From Bacteroidales bacterium (GTDB lineage Bacteria > Bacteroidota > Bacteroidia > Bacteroidales > UBA1715): DNA of 64,000 nucleotides. Shown in pieces: positions 46,344 through 53,112 of this stretch. Location: assembly GCA_017642535.1 (NCBI GenBank), contig JAGCOW010000042.1:777-64776 (forward strand), given 5' to 3'. Numbering within the stretch: the first letter of the stretch is position 1; the number at the start of each line of letters is the position of its first letter. A program made the translations under genes and the position numbers. The notes under the pieces are model-generated. The model worked only from the letters and a program-made list of their open reading frames with translations, was not told the origin of the DNA and made no database searches.

Positions 46344-48335
46344 ATGGCACACGAAGAACATCATCACGGACACGAATGTTGCTCACACAATCACGAGCAT
46401 CATTGTCATTGTCACGAACACGGACATTCTCACGAACATCATCATCACGAAGGTGGATTGCGTGGGAAAATTATTTTGATTGCTTGCACAATCGTTTTGC
46501 TTGCTGTGGCGATTGTGATTGAACGAAACTGCAATCTTGCCACATGGCAGTTGCTTTTGGTGTATCTGGTTCCGTATTTGCTCATTGGGTACGACACGCT
46601 CAAAGAGGCAGCCGAAGGGTTGGCACACGGCGAGGCATTCAATGAACATTTTCTTATGGCGATTGCCACCATCGGGGCGTTGTGCATTGGATTTCTGCCC
46701 GGTGCGGAGACGGAATTTCCCGAAGCGGTGTTCGTTATGCTGTTTTTCCAAATTGGTGAATTGTTCGAGGGTTACGCCGAAGGGAAGAGCCGCGAAAGCA
46801 TTGCTCATCTTATGAATATCCGTCCTGATTCTGCAAATGTGGAACGGAACGGTGTAGTTGAAGTAGTTGAACCAGAGCACGTTGCCGTAGGTGAAATTAT
46901 TGTTGTGAAACCAGGCGAGAAAGTTCCGTTGGACGGCGTTGTGGTCGAGGGCGCTTCGTCGCTCAACACGGTTGCTCTTACAGGCGAAAGCGTTCCTCGC
47001 GAAATTGCCGTTGAAGACGAGGTGATATCTGGCTGTGTGAATTTGACGGGCGTGATTCGCGTACGCACTACAAAATCGTTTGGCGAAAGCACCGTTTCAA
47101 AAATAATTGAATTGGTGGAAAATGCAGGTGAACGCAAATCGAAAAGCGAGACGTTCATTTCGAAATTTGCTCGGATTTACACGCCTGTGGTGGTGTTTGC
47201 CGCATTGGCGCTTGCCTTTGTTCCGCCGATACTTTCGGGCAATTTCTCTGCTGAATTTGCCACGTGGCTGTATCGTGCACTGACGTTTTTGATTGTTTCC
47301 TGTCCGTGTGCGTTGGTCATTAGCGTACCGCTGTCGTTTTTCGGCGGAATTGGCGGAGCGTCGCGAAACGGCATTCTCATAAAAGGTGCGAATTATATGG
47401 AAACATTGGCGAACATCGGCACGGTGGTGTTCGACAAGACGGGAACGCTTACCCACGGACAATTTGCTGTTGAGGCGGTTCATCCTGAAGCATGTGATGA
47501 ACGTCATTTGTTGCATCTTGCAGCACACGTGGAACATTTTTCTACTCATCCCATTGCCGCCGCTCTCCGCAATGCGTTTCCCGACGAGGCAACCGATGGA
47601 TGTTCTGTGACCGACGTGGAAGAAATTGCCGGCCACGGCATTCAGGCAAAAGTGGGGGCTGACATTGTGTGCGTTGGCAATGGAAAAATGATGGAACGAA
47701 TTGGCGCAAAATGGCACGATTGTCCGCAAGTCGGCACAATCATTCACGTGGCAATCAATGGAGAATATGCGGGTCACATTGTGATAAACGACAAAATAAA
47801 AGACGACAGTTCTGCGGCAATTTCCGCTCTTGCCAATATGGGTGTTGAAAAAACGGTAATGCTTACTGGCGACAGCAAAGAAGTGGGCGAACACGTTGCT
47901 AAAAAACTCGCTATCAATGAGTTTTATACTGAATTATTGCCAGCCGACAAAGTTCATCACGTTGAACGCTTGTTGGCAGAAAAGACGAAAAATACATTCC
48001 TCGCCTTTGTTGGTGACGGAATAAACGACGCTCCCGTGCTTGCCCGTGCCGACCTTGGCATAGCGATGGGCGGGCTTGGCAGCGATGCCGCCATCGAAGC
48101 AGCCGATGTGGTTTTGATGGACGATAAGCCCTCGAAAATTGCCACAGCAATACAAATTGCCCGTCGGACAATACGCATAGCCCGTCAGAATGTGTGGTTT
48201 GCCATTGGCGTGAAACTGCTTGTGCTGATACTTGCCGCTACTGGCTTTGCAACCTTATGGATGGCGGTGTTCGCTGATGTGGGCGTTACGGTGCTTGCAG
48301 TGCTTAATGCGATGCGGACATTGCGAAATTCATAG
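46344..48335 (+). CDS. Heavy-metal translocating P1B-type ATPase (Zn/Cd/Pb type likely) with a His-rich N-terminus
   Basis: The N-terminus is MAHEEHHHGHECCSHNHEHHCHCHEHGHSHEHHHHEGG. Also present are the TGES motif (ALTGESVP), the CPC motif (VSCPCALV), DKTGTLT and GDGINDAP. Confidence 0.9.
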   Translation: MAHEEHHHGHECCSHNHEHHCHCHEHGHSHEHHHHEGGLRGKIILIACTIVLLAVAIVIERNCNLATWQLLLVYLVPYLLIGYDTLKEAAEGLAHGEAFNEHFLMAIATIGALCIGFLPGAETEFPEAVFVMLFFQIGELFEGYAEGKSRESIAHLMNIRPDSANVERNGVVEVVEPEHVAVGEIIVVKPGEKVPLDGVVVEGASSLNTVALTGESVPREIAVEDEVISGCVNLTGVIRVRTTKSFGESTVSKIIELVENAGERKSKSETFISKFARIYTPVVVFAALALAFVPPILSGNFSAEFATWLYRALTFLIVSCPCALVISVPLSFFGGIGGASRNGILIKGANYMETLANIGTVVFDKTGTLTHGQFAVEAVHPEACDERHLLHLAAHVEHFSTHPIAAALRNAFPDEATDGCSVTDVEEIAGHGIQAKVGADIVCVGNGKMMERIGAKWHDCPQVGTIIHVAINGEYAGHIVINDKIKDDSSAAISALANMGVEKTVMLTGDSKEVGEHVAKKLAINEFYTELLPADKVHHVERLLAEKTKNTFLAFVGDGINDAPVLARADLGIAMGGLGSDAAIEAADVVLMDDKPSKIATAIQIARRTIRIARQNVWFAIGVKLLVLILAATGFATLWMAVFADVGVTVLAVLNAMRTLRNS

Positions 48336-48374
48336 TTTTTGTGAGAAATACAATAATAGAAATATAAAAAATTG

Positions 48375-48382
48375 TACCTTTG
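48375..48382 (+). promoter_or_regulatory. -7 promoter box TAnnTTTG
   Basis: TACCTTTG lies 41 nt upstream of ATG 48423. Confidence 0.4.
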
Positions 48383-48422
48383 AAACGTTATTTTTTGAAT
48401 AGTAACTTTTAATCTTTATTGT

Positions 48423-50819
48423 ATGCAATACGGCTATTTTGATGACGAGCACAAGGAATACGTCATCACCAAACCCGACACTCCCACTTCGTGGAGCAAT
48501 TATCTTGGCGACACTCGCTATGGTGCAATCATTACAAACAACGCTGGCGGATATTCATTTTTCCGCTCGTCGGTGCAAGGTTGTTTTCTTCGTATAAAAT
48601 TCAACAACGTGCCGCTCGACCAGCCCGGTCGCTATTTGTACATCCACGACTGCGAAAGCAAGGATTTCTGGTCGGGTTCGTGGCAACCAGTAGGCAAACC
48701 GCTTGACAAATATAAAAGCGAATGCCGTCACGGTTCGGCCTACACGAAAATTTCGTCGGAATATAGCAACATAAAGACCGAAACGCTTTATTTCGTGCCA
48801 ATGGGTCAGGAATTCGAGGTGTGGAACGTGAAAATCACCAACACAGGCAAGAAAGCCCGCAAACTGCGTGCGTTCACCTACGTTGAATTTGCGTCGAACT
48901 GGAATATGAACGACGACAGCAACAATCTGCAATATACGCAGTACATTATTAAGACTGCCTACAAAAACGGTTTCGTTGACCACGGCAGCAACTTGTATAT
49001 GCCCGAAGACCCCGACAATTTCCAAAACAAAGATCAGGCGCGTCACTCGTTCATTGGCGTTGTGGGACAAAAAGTTACGGGTTACGACAGCGACCGTGCA
49101 AAATTTTTGGGAGCATACCGCACCTATGCAAATCCGCAAGTTGTGGCTAACGGGAAATGTAGCAATTCCCTTACCGAAGGCGACAACGGTTGCGGTACGT
49201 TGCAAGTTGATGTTGACCTGCAACCAGGCGAGACAAAGGAATTTTCCGTTGTTCTTGGTATCGGCAAGGCGTGGGAAGAAGGTAAAAAAGCGGCAAAAAT
49301 GGTTGCAACGCCAGCCAAGGTCGAAGCCGAATTCAACAAAATTGTGAAATACTGGCATGGCCGTATTGAAGGTTTTTCGGCAAAAACTCCCGATGCAGCT
49401 TTCAATAGCATGATAAACATGTGGAATCCGTTCAACAACTTGATTACGTACGCATGGAGCCGCGCTGCTTCGCTCATCTACCGCGGCGAACGCGACGGTA
49501 TGGGCTATCGAGACACAATTCAAGATATGCTTGGCGTTATCCACAATATTCCCGAAGAAGTTGTTTCTCGTCTGGAACTTATGCTGACAGGACAAAACTC
49601 CAACGGTGGCGCTATGCCTGTTGTGAAACCGTTTGCACACAATCCGGGACACGAGGCACCGACTCCCGAAGCCGACTTCCGTTCCGACGACTGCATGTGG
49701 CTGTTCAACACGGTTCCGACTTACGTGAAGGAATTGGGCGACATCAATTATTACAACAAGGTTCTTCCGTTCTCCGACAAGGGCAAAGGCACCGTTTTGG
49801 AACACCTGAAACGTGCCATCCAGTTCAACCTCGACCGTCGTGGTAAAAACGGCTTGCCGTGCGGCCTGAAAGCCGACTGGAACGACTGTCTTGTACTTGG
49901 TGCAAAAGGCGAAACGGTATTCGTGGCAATGCAACTCCGTTACGCGTTGACAGTCTATATTGACATTTGTACTCGTTTGAACAAGAAAGACGAAGTGAAA
50001 TGGGCGGAAGGTCATTTGACCACGTTGACAAAAACCATCGACAAAGTTGCATGGGACGGCGAATGGTACGTTCGTGCAATCAAGGAAGACGGCTACATTT
50101 TCGGTACGAAAAATGACCCATTGAACGAAGGAAAGATTTGGCTGAACCCGAACTCGTGGGCAATCATTTCCGGTCAGGCAACCGGCGAACGTGCCGAAAC
50201 GGTTATGAACAGCGTTGAGAAACATTTGGCTATAAAATACGGTTTGGTTCTGTGCGACCCACCATACGAAAAAACAGAGGCGTCGGTTATCAAGGCACCG
50301 TTGTTCAACAAAGGTATGAAGGAAAATGCCGCCGTGTTCCAGCACACACAAGGTTGGGGCATTATGGCCGATTGTATTTTGGGACACGGAAAACGTGCAT
50401 TCAAAAACTACAAGAATTATCTTCCTGCCGCATACAACGAAAAAGCGGAAGTCCGTCAGATTGAACCGTATGTATATGCACAAACCACCTGTTCGACATA
50501 CAACATGCGTGCTGGTCAAAGCCGTTGCCCGTGGTTGAGCGGAACGGCTTCGTGGGCATATTTCACGGCGGCGCAATACATTCTCGGCATTCGTCCCGAC
50601 TACGACGGTCTGTTGATTGACCCATGTATTCCGGGATGGAAAGGATTCACGGCGACACGTAAATTCCGTGGGAAAATCGCGAACATCACCGTAAAGAATC
50701 CTAAGAAAGTAGAAAAAGGCGTTGTTTCCATCACATTGAACGGCAAAGCTGTTGAAGGCAACGTGGTTCCGTTCGACAAGATGAAGAAAGAAAACGAGGT
50801 TGTGGTGGTAATGGGGTAA
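48423..50819 (+). CDS. GH94-type glycan phosphorylase (cellobiose/cellodextrin/chitobiose phosphorylase family)
   Basis: The N-terminus MQYGYFDDEHKEYVITKPDTPTSWSNYLG and the 798-aa length are typical of cellobiose phosphorylases. The (alpha/alpha)6 region includes ..RGERDGMGYRDTIQD.. and ..ADWNDCL... The 756-aa ORF on the opposite strand is treated as a shadow. Confidence 0.8.
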   Translation: MQYGYFDDEHKEYVITKPDTPTSWSNYLGDTRYGAIITNNAGGYSFFRSSVQGCFLRIKFNNVPLDQPGRYLYIHDCESKDFWSGSWQPVGKPLDKYKSECRHGSAYTKISSEYSNIKTETLYFVPMGQEFEVWNVKITNTGKKARKLRAFTYVEFASNWNMNDDSNNLQYTQYIIKTAYKNGFVDHGSNLYMPEDPDNFQNKDQARHSFIGVVGQKVTGYDSDRAKFLGAYRTYANPQVVANGKCSNSLTEGDNGCGTLQVDVDLQPGETKEFSVVLGIGKAWEEGKKAAKMVATPAKVEAEFNKIVKYWHGRIEGFSAKTPDAAFNSMINMWNPFNNLITYAWSRAASLIYRGERDGMGYRDTIQDMLGVIHNIPEEVVSRLELMLTGQNSNGGAMPVVKPFAHNPGHEAPTPEADFRSDDCMWLFNTVPTYVKELGDINYYNKVLPFSDKGKGTVLEHLKRAIQFNLDRRGKNGLPCGLKADWNDCLVLGAKGETVFVAMQLRYALTVYIDICTRLNKKDEVKWAEGHLTTLTKTIDKVAWDGEWYVRAIKEDGYIFGTKNDPLNEGKIWLNPNSWAIISGQATGERAETVMNSVEKHLAIKYGLVLCDPPYEKTEASVIKAPLFNKGMKENAAVFQHTQGWGIMADCILGHGKRAFKNYKNYLPAAYNEKAEVRQIEPYVYAQTTCSTYNMRAGQSRCPWLSGTASWAYFTAAQYILGIRPDYDGLLIDPCIPGWKGFTATRKFRGKIANITVKNPKKVEKGVVSITLNGKAVEGNVVPFDKMKKENEVVVVMG

Positions 50820-50845
50820 CAACAACCCTTTTACTTACGAACGAC

Positions 50846-50882
50846 AAGAAAGAGATGTAGCAATGCATCTCTTTCTTTTTTG
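50846..50882. terminator. Intrinsic terminator after the GH94 gene
   Basis: AAGAAAGAGATG (50846-50857) pairs perfectly with CATCTCTTTCTT (50866-50877) across an 8-nt loop. A T run follows. Confidence 0.75.
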
Positions 50883-50887
50883 CAAGA

Positions 50888-51139
50888 TTATTCCACAACA
50901 GAAAGTACTTGTTTGCTATCCAAAACATGTTCGGCACGTTTCAGAATTTGGATTACCTGTCCGAGTTGGGCGGTACGTTTGTCGTTTATGGCATACCCTT
51001 TGAGCAAATAATCTTTGAGAACAGAGTTGGCCCAAATCCGGAATTTTGTGCCGGCAATGCTTTTTACACGATATCCAACCGAAATGATAACGTCCAGAGC
51101 ATAAAATGCCACAGGTTGTTTTACTCCATCAACACGCAA
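50888..51139 (-). pseudogene. Truncated RhuM-family gene (C-terminal core only)
   Basis: The 83-aa ORF reads ..AFYALDVIISVGYRVKSIAGTKFRIWANSVLKDYLLKGYAIN... This corresponds to the middle of the intact RhuM protein at 32087-32953. The N-terminal DNA-binding half and the C-terminal domain are missing. Confidence 0.65.
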
Positions 51140-51208
51140 AAAATGCGTGTTGTTCGTTTGTAAGAACCCCGTTTTTCTGAAAACGTTTGGTTACAATTCA
51201 ATTTTTTT

Positions 51209-51216
51209 TATTTTTG
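51209..51216 (+). promoter_or_regulatory. -7 promoter box TAnnTTTG for the small ORF/protease operon
   Basis: TATTTTTG lies 20 nt upstream of ATG 51236. Confidence 0.4.
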
Positions 51217-51235
51217 CCAACGAGAACATAAGATT

Positions 51236-51379
51236 ATGAAAATAGAAGACAAACAAAACACTATGGAACACAATTCTAAAAAAGCTCAAGTTGGCTTTGT
51301 GCGGCTAAAATCGTATATCGGAACGAAAAAGGAATGTCCTAAATCCACAATTACCAAAAGTCCTATTACGATTCAATAA
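51236..51379 (+). CDS. Small basic ORF (47 aa) abutting the protease gene; hypothetical
   Basis: The ORF reads MKIEDKQNTMEHNSKKAQVGFVRLKSYIGTKKECPKSTITKSPITIQ and is below the ORF-track length cutoff. Its stop TAA (51377-51379) is immediately followed by the ATG of the next gene (TAAATG). A promoter box lies just upstream. Confidence 0.4.
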   Translation: MKIEDKQNTMEHNSKKAQVGFVRLKSYIGTKKECPKSTITKSPITIQ

Positions 51380-51793
51380 ATGGGAACATATACTAAGAAG
51401 CACGACTATCGTGCCGACGCTATTGTTACGCCAATAGCAGTATGCGAGGCAACGACCTTTGCCGAAGGTCGGAACATGCCCAAAATCTTTCATTCACAAA
51501 AAGCAATTTGGGACACAGGGGCTACAAACACTTTGATTTCCCGTAAAGTAGTTGATTTTTTGAATCTATCCCCTTATAACAATGTATTAGTTTCTGATAA
51601 TAAAGGTGTTACAAAAGCAGAAACGTATCTCGTCCATGTTGTGTTACCTACAAAGGATATGGTTTCAAATATTGAAGCAATTCTGACGGATAATGAAGAT
51701 TATGATGTACTAATCGGCATGGACATTATTAATCTTGGTGAATTTTTATTTTCCAATAAAAACGGGAAAAGTGAATTTACTTTTACTGTATAA
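51380..51793 (+). CDS. Retropepsin-like (clan AA) aspartic protease family protein
   Basis: The catalytic motif is AIWDTGATNTLIS (D-T-G-A). The downstream hydrophobic-hydrophobic-Gly motif is YDVLIGMDII. A 137-aa single-lobe size is consistent with a homodimeric retropepsin-like fold. Confidence 0.7.
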   Translation: MGTYTKKHDYRADAIVTPIAVCEATTFAEGRNMPKIFHSQKAIWDTGATNTLISRKVVDFLNLSPYNNVLVSDNKGVTKAETYLVHVVLPTKDMVSNIEAILTDNEDYDVLIGMDIINLGEFLFSNKNGKSEFTFTV

Positions 51794-51824
51794 GTCTTGG
51801 TTTGTATAAGAAGAGTGGTGCAGC

Positions 51825-51935
51825 TTGAAGACGAAATTTTCGACTTCAAGTTGGGGAGGTAAGCCCAAACTTCCTACCGCTTTCACAGAGCGAGGTTTGT
51901 ATATGCTTGCAACCATACTCAAAGGCGGCAGAGGG
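51825..51935 (+). pseudogene. Fragment of an ORF6N/KilA-N-like DNA-binding gene
   Basis: The fragment translates to LKTKFSTSSWGGKPKLPTAFTERGLYMLATILKGGRG. It resembles the ..RSQI.[24 protein letters not shown].. core of ORF6N proteins. There is no start codon or N-terminal half, and a stop lies just upstream in frame. Confidence 0.45.
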
Positions 51936-52059
51936 GCTTGTAATAAGTATTTCCCCCATTTTAATCTAAAAAGAAGTATATGAATCTTTTTTTCTTGAAA
52001 AATTTCTTTTCTTTGTAGAAATTATACGATATAAAATTTCGAATACAAATTGTACTATT

Positions 52060-53091
52060 ATGAAAAAATTTCTTTTATCCTTGGTGGCATTGGTTGGCAC
52101 GATTGCGGCTATTGCACAGATTTCCGACGGTGTGTCGGCAACGCTTCAAAACGGTGAAACAACTTCAGTGTTTTATGGCTATGATTCCTTCAAAGATGCT
52201 GTGGCAGCTGCTCCTAACGAAGGTGGTGTTATCACGCTCTCTCCCGGTACGTTTAATTATCCTGGAAAGATCACAAAAAGTATGAAAATCTATGGTGCAG
52301 GATTTGAAAAAGATGTGTCCAATAACATTAGCGAAACACGCGTTATTAGCGATTTGGACATTGAAAGTACAGATGAATTTTCTCCTGTTGTACGCATAGA
52401 AGGAATTTACTATACGGGAGGAGCTTATATTCTGGGAACGCAACTTGTAGCTAATACAGAAATAATTAAATGTAGTTTTGGTAATTTTTATAACCGAGTG
52501 GAAACAAATAATACCCTCATCCGTCAATGCTATATTCGCGAGTGGGTTCGCGGAGAAGGCAAGAAAACAACTTCCTTTGTTGTTGCCAATTGCTGGCTTT
52601 GTGGCGTGGCAAGCTTTGCGGCAGGAAGCCAGGTAAGTGTTGACCATTGTATTATAGTAGATGGTTATTCTGCCCAAGGACCTTATTATTATACTAATAA
52701 TATTATTAATCCACGACATTACTATCGTTTTTCTGCGGGTGCCACATGCTATAACAACGTGTGCAGTAACGATAAACTTGATGTTGGAGGAAACAATGTC
52801 TGTGAAGGAAATTATGACCAGTCTCTTTGGACTGATTGTAAAACCTTATTCGCTGATGGACAGGATAATTATGACTACGCTACAGAGGACGGGACACCTC
52901 GTACTTGGGAACTCGCAAATCCTGAAACATACGTAGGAACTGACGGAACACCATGTGGCGTTACTGGCGGCAATTTCCCGTGGAACCCGATACCTTCCAC
53001 CCCACGTATTATCAGCACGTCGGTTGACTCGAAGAGCGAACCGGGCAAACTGAAAGTGTCTATCAAAGCTGAAGCAAGACCATTGGAGTAA
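52060..53091 (+). CDS. Secreted Cys-rich hypothetical protein (possibly beta-helix)
   Basis: The signal peptide is MKKFLLSLVALVGTIAAIAQ. Short repetitive strands with many Cys are present (NCWLCGV, DHCIIVDG, ATCYNNVCSN). It lies 21 nt upstream of the next gene and is likely co-transcribed with it. Confidence 0.55.
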   Translation: MKKFLLSLVALVGTIAAIAQISDGVSATLQNGETTSVFYGYDSFKDAVAAAPNEGGVITLSPGTFNYPGKITKSMKIYGAGFEKDVSNNISETRVISDLDIESTDEFSPVVRIEGIYYTGGAYILGTQLVANTEIIKCSFGNFYNRVETNNTLIRQCYIREWVRGEGKKTTSFVVANCWLCGVASFAAGSQVSVDHCIIVDGYSAQGPYYYTNNIINPRHYYRFSAGATCYNNVCSNDKLDVGGNNVCEGNYDQSLWTDCKTLFADGQDNYDYATEDGTPRTWELANPETYVGTDGTPCGVTGGNFPWNPIPSTPRIISTSVDSKSEPGKLKVSIKAEARPLE

Positions 53092-53112
53092 TTTCTCCCA
53101 AAGAGACCGACT

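Noticed and set aside
47097-47894. A 265-aa minus ORF inside the P-type ATPase gene, and similar ORFs (46383-46880, 45930-46373).
   Set aside because: They are antisense shadows of genes with canonical motifs (DKTGTLT, CPC, the Fur metal site).
48555-50825. A 756-aa ORF on the minus strand, nearly as long as the GH94 gene it overlaps.
   Set aside because: It is entirely antisense to a gene with clear GH94 motifs. Its translation is low-complexity and rich in Arg/Val/Phe/Cys, with no recognisable motif. It has no promoter box or sensible start context. This is a classic codon-bias shadow ORF.
51140-51235. Whether the RhuM fragment (50888-51139) and the ORF6N fragment (51825-51935) are two halves of one gene split by insertion of the protease unit.
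   Set aside because: They lie on opposite strands and correspond to different protein families (the RhuM core and the ORF6N core). I saw no target-site duplication or terminal repeats. They are treated as independent relics.
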